Assembly (NCBI GenBank): GCA_902803805.1
Contig: CADCRH010000041.1
Coordinates: 1-61,425, forward strand
From: an uncultured Ruminococcus sp.
GTDB lineage: Bacteria; Bacillota; Clostridia; Oscillospirales; Acutalibacteraceae
Length of the DNA stretch: 61,425 nt
Direction: 5' to 3'
The notes under the pieces are model-generated. The model ran no database searches and had not been told where the DNA came from. It saw nothing but the letters and a program-made list of their open reading frames with translations. This document shows, one piece after another, positions 18,976 through 28,600 of the stretch (within the stretch, counting starts at the first letter, position 1; each line of letters starts with the position of its first letter). A program made the position numbers and the translations under genes.

Positions 18976-19016
18976 CTGCAACACTATAAATGATTTTTGT
19001 AGTGTTGCAGTTTTTG
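18976..19016 (+). terminator. Strong rho-independent terminator in the intergenic gap
   Basis: CTGCAACACTA - 13-nt loop - TAGTGTTGCAG (11-bp perfect stem) followed by TTTTTGTATTTT. It lies about 230 nt beyond the preceding stop codon. Confidence 0.75.
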
Positions 19017-19138
19017 TATTTTGCCCGTCGAGTAACAATTGAACAGTTAAGTTTGGTGTATTTAAATATGCATAAAACATAAAAATAAAAATATTTTTTG
19101 TATATAATAACATAATCTCAAAAAAGAAAGTAGAGTTA

Positions 19139-19168
19139 TTGACACATCAATGCAATTTGGGATATAAT
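19139..19168 (+). promoter_or_regulatory. Sigma-70-type promoter of the FHA/kinase/giant-protein operon
   Basis: TTGACA - 18 nt - TATAAT, about 80 nt upstream of the ATG at 19250. The leader contains a GGTCGAA..TTCGACC hairpin. Confidence 0.65.
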
Positions 19169-19249
19169 TGATATGGTATAGTAGGTCGAATTATATGTTT
19201 TTGGTTTTTCGACCAATAAAAATTATTAATAGAGTAAGGTGTTTTAAAT

Positions 19250-20284
19250 ATGAAACTGAAAGTCCTGATATTGGAATCTGATTCTAATTATCTTCAAAGA
19301 ATTTCCTCTCTGCTGAGTACAAAATATAATGATGAACTGGATGTGTATTCTTTTGACGATTACACTAAGGCGCTGAAAAGTGCCAAGGAAAATGAGATAG
19401 ATGTGTTTCTTGCATCGGAAGATTTTGATGTATCAAGAAAAAAAATTCCGGGTAAATGTGCTTTTGCATATCTGGCAGAATCTCCAAATGAAGAAACGAT
19501 AAAAGACCAAAAGGCAATTTTTAAGTTTGTAAAAATCAATGACCTTTATGAAAGCATTAAGAAAGTGTATTCCAAGTATGAATACATTCCTGAACCGGAA
19601 GTGGAAACAAAGACCGTTCTTTTTGTTTCTCCGAGCGGGGGTACAGGCTCATCGACCGCTGCGGCATCGTGTGCTGTTCATTTTGCGGCTGCCGAAAAGC
19701 GTACACTTTATGTCAATCTTGAAAAGCTGACATCTGCCAAAAGCTTTTTTTCCGCCGAAAGCAGCGTGACTGTGAGCGACATTGCTTCACTTGTACAAAA
19801 TAATGATGACGATATTTCCTCACAGCTTGAAGAAGCTGCCGCAGAGGATGAAACAGGTATTTTTGTGATTTCCGCCGGTGAACCGAACGAAATTTTAAAG
19901 TTGAATGTTACCGATTTTGCGGTTGTTATTAACGCTTTGACTGCACTGAAACAATATGAATATATCGTAATAGACGGTGAATTTGATTTAAGTGAAGCCT
20001 CTCTTTCATTTTATCGATTAGCAGATAAGATTGTTTTCACAAGCAGCGGTTCTGAGATCTCCAATGCAAAGCTTTTGACTGCCGTGAAGTATATTTCCGA
20101 CCATCAACCGGAGCTTTCCACTAAAATAGCCGTTCTTTACAGCCGATTTGGTGAAACAAGCACGATTCCGGAATCTGATGACCTTAACAATATCGGCGGA
20201 ATACCGAATTTCGACTTTGCAGATACAAAAGAAATAATGACTCATATATCGGGTATGGGTGTATTTGATATATTGGCAGAATAA
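19250..20284 (+). CDS. TadZ/CpaE-like protein: pseudo-receiver domain plus ParA/MinD-like domain with degenerate Walker A
   Basis: The N-terminal CheY-like fold (KVLILESD..) has Ser where the phospho-acceptor Asp is expected (IDVFLAS). The P-loop position reads SGGTGSST, with both Lys of KGGxGK[ST] replaced. Confidence 0.65.
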   Translation: MKLKVLILESDSNYLQRISSLLSTKYNDELDVYSFDDYTKALKSAKENEIDVFLASEDFDVSRKKIPGKCAFAYLAESPNEETIKDQKAIFKFVKINDLYESIKKVYSKYEYIPEPEVETKTVLFVSPSGGTGSSTAAASCAVHFAAAEKRTLYVNLEKLTSAKSFFSAESSVTVSDIASLVQNNDDDISSQLEEAAAEDETGIFVISAGEPNEILKLNVTDFAVVINALTALKQYEYIVIDGEFDLSEASLSFYRLADKIVFTSSGSEISNAKLLTAVKYISDHQPELSTKIAVLYSRFGETSTIPESDDLNNIGGIPNFDFADTKEIMTHISGMGVFDILAE

Positions 20285-20304
20285 ATGCAGAAGGAGAAAC
20301 AATT

Positions 20305-21921
20305 ATGGTACAGAATTTTTCTTATGAAACACAAGGCAGCGAATCCTACCTTATATATACATTCCAAAATGACACAGCAACAAACTCCCTTATTGTCGGA
20401 ATGATGTCCAATAACAATATTGAAGGTCTTTTACCCTTTAGCTATCACCAGATGGGCTCGGCAAGATATGCACGATATAATATTTCGTCACTCATAAGTC
20501 TGAAAAAACTCTGTGAAGAGCCTGTTAAAAGAAAGATACTTTTAAATATTTTCAGAAGTATTGCGGACGCTTATATCAATTCAGAAGATTATGCGATAGA
20601 CCCACAAAATATTGTGGTTGATACGCAATATCTGTATGTCAATCCTGAAAATGGAAATGCCTTTATGATTTGTGTTCCGTGCAACACTGTTCAAAACAAT
20701 CCTGACATCAAGACTCTTTATAAAGATATTATGATGACAGCTGTTTTTGACCGTACTGAAAATTGCAGCTATATCGGTCAGATCGAACTTTATTTAAGCA
20801 GTGATTCCTTCAATCCGTCCGATTTCAAGAAATTTATTAATGAGATCGATATAGAGGAGCCACCTGCTCCGATTGAACCAGTGGTATCGGAGGAACCCGT
20901 ACCACAGCCGGAACAGGAAATATTTTTAAATGTTCCCGAAAACAATAATACACAAAATGAGATTTCCTCACAGTTGCCGGCACAGCCCGAATTGAATACA
21001 TACAATCAGCCACAGCAATATCAAACAGACAATGCCGCTTATCAGCCGCAAAACCCGTCTTATGGTTATGAGCAGCAGTATCAGCAGAATGACAGTGTTT
21101 ATCAGTCACGATACCAAAATAATAACGAATATAATCAGTATCAGCCACAATACCCGACTGATAATAACAGCTATTATCAGCAGCAGTACTCTCAGGAAAA
21201 CAGTGAGGATCATTACCAACAACAATATCAAACAGACAATAACAGTTATTATCAGCAGCAGTATTCTGTTGATAATAATGCAAATTCCTATCAACAGCCA
21301 TATCAGACCAATAACAGTTATAACTATCAACAGCAATATCAAAACAATAATGATTATACCGGTTATCAGCAATATGCCACGGATAGTAGCGCAAGTGCAT
21401 ATCAGCAGCAGTACCCCACAGATAATAACACAAACACATATCAACAACAATACTCCGCAGATAATCATACAAATAACTATTCTCAGCCATATGCAGCAGA
21501 AAACAACAGTTATGCTCAGCAAGTTGTTCAACCGAGTGTTGACCCGTATGGTGAAACGACTGTATTGGGCGCTTCCGGCTATAACGAAACGACTGTTCTC
21601 GGCGGTTCTTCCTATGAAAATATGCCTGCCGCTTACCTCATCAGACATAAAAACGGCGAAAGAGTCCTTGTCAACAAAGACGTTTTCCATATTGGCAAAG
21701 AAAAAAGTATTGCTGACTACTTTATCAGCGACAACTCCGCGATCAGCAGAAAACACGCTGAGATTGTCAAAAGAAACAATGAATATTACATCATAGACAC
21801 CAATTCAACCAATCACATTTATGTTAACGGCATAAGAATACCGTGCAATGTTGAAACACACATCATATCGGGAACGGAAATTATACTTGCCGATGAAAGA
21901 TTTGATTTTGTGATTATGTGA
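20305..21921 (+). CDS. FHA domain protein with DUF6382-like N-terminus and a Q/N/Y-rich linker
   Basis: C-terminal FHA (FHIGKEKSIADYFISDNSAISRKHAEIV..YYIIDTNSTNHIYVNG). N-terminal 180 aa resemble the FHA-associated Firmicute domain I recall as DUF6382. RBS AAGGAGAA. Confidence 0.8.
   Translation: MVQNFSYETQGSESYLIYTFQNDTATNSLIVGMMSNNNIEGLLPFSYHQMGSARYARYNISSLISLKKLCEEPVKRKILLNIFRSIADAYINSEDYAIDPQNIVVDTQYLYVNPENGNAFMICVPCNTVQNNPDIKTLYKDIMMTAVFDRTENCSYIGQIELYLSSDSFNPSDFKKFINEIDIEEPPAPIEPVVSEEPVPQPEQEIFLNVPENNNTQNEISSQLPAQPELNTYNQPQQYQTDNAAYQPQNPSYGYEQQYQQNDSVYQSRYQNNNEYNQYQPQYPTDNNSYYQQQYSQENSEDHYQQQYQTDNNSYYQQQYSVDNNANSYQQPYQTNNSYNYQQQYQNNNDYTGYQQYATDSSASAYQQQYPTDNNTNTYQQQYSADNHTNNYSQPYAAENNSYAQQVVQPSVDPYGETTVLGASGYNETTVLGGSSYENMPAAYLIRHKNGERVLVNKDVFHIGKEKSIADYFISDNSAISRKHAEIVKRNNEYYIIDTNSTNHIYVNGIRIPCNVETHIISGTEIILADERFDFVIM
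20980..21522 (+). repeat. Low-complexity Q/N/Y-rich degenerate repeats inside the FHA gene
   Basis: About 180 codons of reiterated units such as YQQQY, TDNNSYYQQQY and NNxYQ. All three other ORF-track hits here are composition artefacts. Confidence 0.9.
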
Positions 21922-21952
21922 CCATCACAGTTTCTATGAGAGGGAATCGTTT

Positions 21953-22720
21953 ATGAATTTTATTGTTTCAGCCGATACCGATGTCGGCATCAAGAAAAAG
22001 ACAAATCAGGACAGTTTGAGCGTTAAAGTAGTCAACACGCCTATGGGAAGAATGGCATTTGCGGTGCTTTGCGACGGAATGGGCGGACTTGAAAAGGGCG
22101 AAGTTGCCAGCGCAACGGCAATCAAAGCTTTCAGTAGTTGGGTCACCGAGGTACTGCCTGCACTAAGCAGTACACCGATCACTGCCGACAGCATACGTCT
22201 TGGCTGGCAGAATATCGTCACCGAAACAAACGAAAAAATCAAGCTTTACGGAAAAAGAAACGGTATCAACCTCGGTACAACAGCAGTCATTATGCTGCTG
22301 ACGCAAACCGATTATTATATTATGAATGTGGGAGATTCACGTGCATATGAGATCTTTACCGAAACGCAGCAGCTTACCAATGACCAGACATTCGTGGCGA
22401 GGGAAATAGCGCTCGGAAGAATGACTCCTCAGCAGGCACGTGTTGATAAAAGACGAAACATTCTTTTACAGTGCATCGGTGCTTCAGAAAAGGTGTATCC
22501 CGACTTTTTCACGGGGACATTAAAGAAAGATGCGGTTTATATGCTTTGCTCGGATGGCTTTCGCCACGAGATCACACCGCAGGAAATATTTGACAGACTT
22601 CGCCCCGACAGAATGACAAGCCGAGAACTTATGTCAAAAAATACGGTCGAACTGATCGAACTTAACAAGCAGCGCAGGGAAACAGACAATATTTCCGCAG
22701 CACTTGTAAGGACATATTAA
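21953..22720 (+). CDS. PP2C-family Ser/Thr phosphatase
   Basis: DTDVGIKKKTNQDS, LCDGMGG, NVGDSRAY and CSDGF motifs. Confidence 0.9.
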   Translation: MNFIVSADTDVGIKKKTNQDSLSVKVVNTPMGRMAFAVLCDGMGGLEKGEVASATAIKAFSSWVTEVLPALSSTPITADSIRLGWQNIVTETNEKIKLYGKRNGINLGTTAVIMLLTQTDYYIMNVGDSRAYEIFTETQQLTNDQTFVAREIALGRMTPQQARVDKRRNILLQCIGASEKVYPDFFTGTLKKDAVYMLCSDGFRHEITPQEIFDRLRPDRMTSRELMSKNTVELIELNKQRRETDNISAALVRTY

Positions 22721-22745
22721 AATTTAGGATTTTGAGGTATGAACT

Positions 22746-24521
22746 ATGCTTGAAATAGGCTCACTTGTTGACGGTAAATATAAAATACTTAATAAAGTCG
22801 GTCAGGGCGGTATGAGTGTTGTTTATCTTGCTATGAACGAAAAGGCAAATAAGCAATGGGCAATCAAAGAGGTACGAAAAGACGGCATCAAGGATTTTGA
22901 AGTGGTCAAGCAGGGACTGATCGTTGAAACCGATATGCTGAAAAAATTAAGTCATCCGAACCTGCCGAGTATTATTGACGTAATAGAAAATGATGATACT
23001 TTTCTGATCGTAATGGACTATATTCAAGGTAATCCTCTGAATAAAACACTGGAAGAATACGGCGCTCAGCCGCAGGAATATGTCATCGAATGGGCAAAAC
23101 AGCTTTGCGATGTTCTCGGTTATCTTCACTCACGCAAGCCTCCTATTATTTACCGTGATATGAAACCTGCCAATATTATGCTGAAACCTGACGGAAACGT
23201 AACACTAATCGATTTTGGTACGGCACGTGAATATAAAGAAAAAAATATTGCCGATACCACCTGTCTTGGTACTGTCGGCTATGCTGCTCCGGAGCAGTTC
23301 GGAGGAATGGGACAGACTGACGCACGAACCGATATATATTGTCTTGGTGCAACACTGTACCACCTTGTAACGGGAATGAACCCTTGTGAACCGCCGTATG
23401 AAATAAAGCCCATCAGACAAATCAATCCTTCCTTGTCCAACGGTCTTGAAAAAATCATTCTCAAATGTACACAGCGCGACCCCAACGACAGGTATCAATC
23501 CTGTGCGGAGCTTATGTATGCATTGGAGCATTACGACGAAATAGATGAAAAGTACCGAAAAAAAGCGTGGAAAAGAGTAACCATTTTTTCGGTCAGTGTT
23601 TTATTGATGATCGCCTTTTTGGGAACATCAATATGGAGCGATATAGCTGCTGTTTCACAAAGAAGTGAAGATTACGATTACAAACTTTCAAAAGCAAAAA
23701 CCTTGCAGGATTATAAAAGCGTCATTTTGATAGATCCGACAAGAGAGGACGCTTATCTGAAACTTGTCGAATACTGTAAAGACAACGACGGACAAATTAC
23801 AGATGACGAAATAGAATGTTTTAATGAGATCGATATTGGTATTAACGACAAAAGTAATATCAACGGCAGCGTCAAGGTTCTTGATGAGCTGAAAGAATCC
23901 AATCCAAAGGGCTATTTTGAAGTATGTTATTCTATCGGCTTTGAAATAATTTCGTTGAAACAGTCCAATTCAATTGATAGTGTTTTAAGTGACTCTGTGC
24001 AGTGGTTCAGCAAAGCAAATGAGGTCTTTAAAGAAACGCAAGATCAAAAAGAATTAAAGATGGATGATTTGAATGCCAAAAATGAATTGGCAGAGCTGTT
24101 TTGTTCTGTCAATAATTGCTTGACCGTCATTGCCCAGAACAATAACTCAAGACTTTCCAGTGCAGAGGACAGAGAAAAAGTATATCACGATCTTTTTGAT
24201 ACTATCGGTCAGATTAAGGATAAAATCAAAAACAGTAAAAGTTTTACCGATCATAATAGTACGACCGATGCTGCCAGTGTCCAGATTCTTGTCATCAATA
24301 TTTTGACAGATCTGATCAATAAGGAAACGGAAGGTTTCCAAAATATCACCTTAGAGAGAAACGGTAATTCGATAGAATTATCTGATATTTTAGACCTGTT
24401 AAAAGATATGAAACAGATGATTAAAGAAGCGAGAGATATTTCTCAGTTAAAAAGTACAGTTGATGAGTACGGCGTTGACACAAAATTGGATGATCTTATC
24501 AAGAAATTTGAAAGCAATTAA
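22746..24521 (+). CDS. Hanks-type Ser/Thr protein kinase, single TM, non-PASTA extracellular domain
   Basis: GQGGMSVVY, WAIKEV, IIYRDMKPANIM, IDFGTA and GYAAPEQ. TM segment VTIFSVSVLLMIAFLGTSIW, followed by about 290 aa that are largely helical in appearance and have no PASTA repeats. Confidence 0.9.
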   Translation: MLEIGSLVDGKYKILNKVGQGGMSVVYLAMNEKANKQWAIKEVRKDGIKDFEVVKQGLIVETDMLKKLSHPNLPSIIDVIENDDTFLIVMDYIQGNPLNKTLEEYGAQPQEYVIEWAKQLCDVLGYLHSRKPPIIYRDMKPANIMLKPDGNVTLIDFGTAREYKEKNIADTTCLGTVGYAAPEQFGGMGQTDARTDIYCLGATLYHLVTGMNPCEPPYEIKPIRQINPSLSNGLEKIILKCTQRDPNDRYQSCAELMYALEHYDEIDEKYRKKAWKRVTIFSVSVLLMIAFLGTSIWSDIAAVSQRSEDYDYKLSKAKTLQDYKSVILIDPTREDAYLKLVEYCKDNDGQITDDEIECFNEIDIGINDKSNINGSVKVLDELKESNPKGYFEVCYSIGFEIISLKQSNSIDSVLSDSVQWFSKANEVFKETQDQKELKMDDLNAKNELAELFCSVNNCLTVIAQNNNSRLSSAEDREKVYHDLFDTIGQIKDKIKNSKSFTDHNSTTDAASVQILVINILTDLINKETEGFQNITLERNGNSIELSDILDLLKDMKQMIKEARDISQLKSTVDEYGVDTKLDDLIKKFESN

Positions 24522-24535
24522 AGGAGGGAAAGACA

Positions 24536-25114
24536 ATGACATACGAAACATATCAATTGATCCATACGCTTTCGCTGATAATGGCAGGAGTGATGCTTGT
24601 TGTTTCTGTTATTTTGTTCTTTTTTCTTCACATACCGAAATCTTTCGGTGTCATAACGGGATTTTCCGCCAAAAAGGCGATCAAGTCCATTAACAGCCGT
24701 ACAGAACAGTCGGCAAGTGAACGACTTGTCAGCGGCAAGGGCAAAAAAGCAGGAAAAAAATATGCGGATGATCTTTATACCCCGTCGGGAAGAATACAGC
24801 CAAAAACAGTGATTTCCCTTGACGAAAATGTGCCTGTCACCAGTAAGATCGCCACCGATCAGATTGCAAAAACGGCAGCCAATTCTACGACCGTGCTCTC
24901 CGGCAGTGAAACAACTGTACTGGACACCGATCCGACAGCCAACATTAATGCTACCACACTGCTTCCGCAGCCGCCATTTGACAGTTCCACGACCGTGCTG
25001 TCCGGTAATGAAACAACTGTGCTTCAGCAGCCCCCGACAGGCACGGCAGCGGTACAAAGCAAATTTGTTATTGAGGTCGATATTACCTTTATCCATACAA
25101 ATGAGATTATTTAA
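24536..25114 (+). CDS. Small single-pass membrane protein with repeated (S/E)TTVL motifs
   Basis: RBS AAGGAGGG 8 nt upstream. N-terminal TM LSLIMAGVMLVVSVILFFF. Four TTVL motifs plus one ATTLL variant in aa 117-163. A mirror ORF of equal length on the minus strand was rejected. Confidence 0.7.
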   Translation: MTYETYQLIHTLSLIMAGVMLVVSVILFFFLHIPKSFGVITGFSAKKAIKSINSRTEQSASERLVSGKGKKAGKKYADDLYTPSGRIQPKTVISLDENVPVTSKIATDQIAKTAANSTTVLSGSETTVLDTDPTANINATTLLPQPPFDSSTTVLSGNETTVLQQPPTGTAAVQSKFVIEVDITFIHTNEII

Positions 25115-25129
25115 AGGAGATGAACAGGT

Positions 25130-25630
25130 TTGAAGGAAAGTAAAAATATGTCAAATCTTCTCCGTATATCAATTGCGGGATTTCTTTTGATGTCATTAAC
25201 ATTCTTGCTGATGCCCCTGAACAGTACCGCCCCGGAAGAAGGAACCGACATTTTCAGAATCATTGTCGGAGTATTGTTTTGGTTGTTTCTGATCATCGGT
25301 ATTGCGGCACAAATAATGCTTTCAAAAGAATTTAAAAAATCGGAAAAGAAAAAAGCAAAAAGGAGAATAGGGCTTTTTTCTTTTCTGCAAAACCGTGAAG
25401 CCGCAGTTTTTGATTTGCTTTGTTTGATCGGCTTTATCGCAATTGCTTTTATGGTGCTTTTTACCGACGGAACAATGTACTTTGCATATATATGCACAAG
25501 TGTGTTTGTTTTTTCTTTCTGTATGCATTGTATTTTAAACGGGAAAATTTACAATACCTTAAAAAGAAAACCAAACGCAAAGAAAAAATCCGAGAAGGAG
25601 GAGAAAAATAATGATAAGATTAAAGCTTAA
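25130..25630 (+). CDS. Polytopic membrane protein with Lys-rich tail
   Basis: About four hydrophobic helices and a KKKSEKEEKNNDKIKA tail. TTG start at 25130 after AAAGGAG, with an alternative ATG at 25148. Operon context. Confidence 0.6.
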   Translation: MKESKNMSNLLRISIAGFLLMSLTFLLMPLNSTAPEEGTDIFRIIVGVLFWLFLIIGIAAQIMLSKEFKKSEKKKAKRRIGLFSFLQNREAAVFDLLCLIGFIAIAFMVLFTDGTMYFAYICTSVFVFSFCMHCILNGKIYNTLKRKPNAKKKSEKEEKNNDKIKA

Positions 25631-28600
25631 TCTTTCTGATAGGCTTATCTCGCTGCTGCTTGCATTGCTTATCTTTTTTGCAAGCATAACGATTGTGCTT
25701 ACCGTCAACAGTGATACAAGTGCATTAGAGGACGAGAACAGTACACCGTCATATTCGCTTGAAATTCATTACAAGGATTCCAAGGGAGAAAGCCATCTTG
25801 CAGGAGAAGGTGCAGTTGTCACCTACAGGATCACCCGTTATCCTAAAGACGGAAATGTTCTGGCTGCCAACAGAACAGCCAAAACAGACGAAAACGGTAA
25901 AGTGCAGCTGGGAATCAGAACAGATATTGAAGAAGAACCCGATACCGTATATATTATGGTGAAATCTGTTTCCTATTACGGCTATACATTTAACAGATCC
26001 GACGAATATTTTGAATTAAATAAAGGCATTCCGCTTGCTATTCAGCTTACCTCTCAAAGTCAGGTGAATTTGCTTGGTGTGATCACGGGCGCTGATGGTA
26101 AACCTGTAAGCGGTGCAAAAATCAAAGTCAGTCACTCGACGGCTCCGGCAGGAAGCAAGACAGTTGCAGCGTCGGACGATGGTACCTTCAAAACACCGGT
26201 TTATATCAATCAAAACTATGACCTGACCATCGCCGCAAACGGTTATCAGACAAAGACAGTCAGTGGCATATTTGCGTCTAAGGATGAATCAGCAGATAAA
26301 ATATATCAGCTTTCCGAGCCGATACGGTTGGAAGAAAAACTCACAGATGAGAATATTGGCTTTCAAATTTCCGAAGAAACCGTTGAATATATTGACAAAG
26401 ACAATCATTCTTTCTTTAATAACGAACTGTTAAAAAGCGCCGATAATGACGGTAAAGTGACTTATACTGTGACACTTAACGGAGCCAAAACATCTGCGGT
26501 ATATGAAGACAATACCCTTGATTTTTCGGATTTCGGTCCCGGAAAATATATTGTAACAGCGAATATCAAAGGAGCATCAAAGTATTTTGATGCAAAAACC
26601 TCATTTACCTTGAATGTTGTTGACACAAACTTCAAATTCAATTCCGAAGTAGTAACAGCAGAAATGACTGATGGAGAAATAGAGATTCAAGAAATTTTCG
26701 GAAATTACGACAAAAATCTCATTACCTATACTTTGAGCGATAAAAAGGGAACCATTGCCGAGCTGAATCAGGATACAAAAATCATATCCTTTAAAAAATA
26801 CGGTTCGGTAACGGTGACAGCATATTACAACGAAGAAAAATTTAAAGAAAATTCAAAGTTATATCAAAGCATTGCGGCTTCATATGAATTGCAAATCGTT
26901 CATCAGCCGACAAAGATCGCATTTAAGAAATCAAATGTACAGGTAAGATACGGCGCTGACGATAATCAATATACCCAAAGTGTAAAAACAAATGATGACA
27001 ACCTGACAGCAAAAGAGAAAAAAGAAATTCTGTCAAAAATCAGATATTCTGTCAGCGAACAAACCGATTCTTCCGGTAATCCCGTTACCGACAGAAATAT
27101 TGTTGAGGTAGATCGGGAAACCGGTTTGGTAAAGATCAATGAAGCAGGTAAAGTTACAATTTCCGCTGCCATCGAAGACAGTGACAATTTTTCTGCCGAT
27201 ACGGTGGACTATGAGCTGAATATATTAAAAGCAAATCAAGATACCGATCAGCACGAAAATATTTATTTTGAGAATACAAAAGAGAAAGCTCAGGATACCG
27301 TTACTTTCAGCAGTGAAACGTCAACGCTTACATATACCAATCATCTGATTGACAACAGCGGAATAGACGGTACCGTAACATATGAAATTACCGCAGGCTC
27401 AGACCTTGCTTCCATCAACAGCAAAACAGGTACCCTTACTATCAATAAAGCAGGTACCATAACGGTCAGAGCAATCAAAACAGCGAAAGAAAGCAATAAC
27501 TATACCAACAGTATCAGAACCTATCGACTGATTGTTGAAAAGGGCATTCCGGATTTTCAATATGAATTATCCGAAGAAAATATTTACTACGGAAAGAATG
27601 TCATAGCAACACAAAAGCCGACACTTTCCACAAAAATGAAAAAGGACGAAAAACCGGAGATCACCTACACCGTTGCCAACCTCAGCAACAGTCCTGTTCA
27701 TCATATTAACAGCAGCAACGGCAATGTTCAGTTAAACAACAAAGAACCGATCGGCAGTTTTGAGGTAACGGCAACACTTGCCGAAACTGATAAATATGCA
27801 TCAATCAGTATTTCCTATATTATCAATATTTCATATGCCAAAGAAGAAGAATACACCGTAACCGAAACACAGTACGATCAGTGGTATAACACTGCAAACG
27901 GTGTTACCTTTACAGCAAATGACGGCTACAGTATCAGTGCAAATAATTCTTTTGCAGAGAATAATTGGAAGAAAACAGAGTACAAATATACAACAGCAAA
28001 CAAAAATCAGGATGTTGTATTTTATCTCAGAAACAATGAAACGAAGGCAATTTCGGAGATAACGGCAAGCAACATCAATATTGACTATACCGTTCCGACA
28101 GAGCTTGAAATCAATTATTCCGAAACTTCAAAATCATTTTTGCAGGAGATAGGAGATCGTATTTTCTTCGGACTTTTCGGTTCATCGGAAAATGAGATCA
28201 AAGTGACGGTCAAGGCTCACGACAATATCGCGGAAATCATTGAATTCAGATATTATTATCAAGCTGATGAATCTGCAAATGGTATATATGGCAGTACATC
28301 CGGCGGAGACACCATTACCGAGAAGGATATTAAAAATATCGGCGATGGTTATTATGAAGCCGAATTCACGATTCCTGCGGAATTCAAAGGAAAAATCGGC
28401 TTTACCGCTAAAAATGCCGCAGGTCTTGAATCGGAAAAGGAATTTGATAAAACTATTATCGTTGACAAAACCGCTCCGAAAACGGAAATTACCTTTAATG
28501 CAGAACCTTCAAACGAGAATAAAAGCAACGGTGCCAAGTATTTCAACAATGATTCCGTAGAAGTTCAGTTCAAGGTTACAGAACCCAATTTCAGTCACAG

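Noticed and set aside
18515-19113. Minus-strand ORFs of 126 aa and 88 aa spanning the DUF4132 3' end and the intergenic gap
   Set aside because: The region is AT-rich, the ORFs have no RBS and the translations are implausible. One ORF runs through the terminator hairpin. The gap itself is kept as a possible sRNA or 3' UTR finding.
20790-21796. Four overlapping ORFs (71 aa -, 217 aa -, 254 aa +, 216 aa -) across the FHA gene linker
   Set aside because: The Q/N/Y codon repeats (CAG/CAA/AAT/TAT) keep several frames free of stop codons. The translations are low-complexity artefacts such as III/TTT/LLL runs. Only the frame containing the FHA domain and the RBS is credible.
24518-25096. Minus-strand ORF of exactly the same length (192 aa) as the TTVL membrane protein gene
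   Set aside because: The plus-strand frame has AAGGAGGG 8 nt upstream, a clear TM helix, the operon orientation and a motif shared with the FHA protein. The minus frame is Cys/Arg/Gly-rich with no start context.
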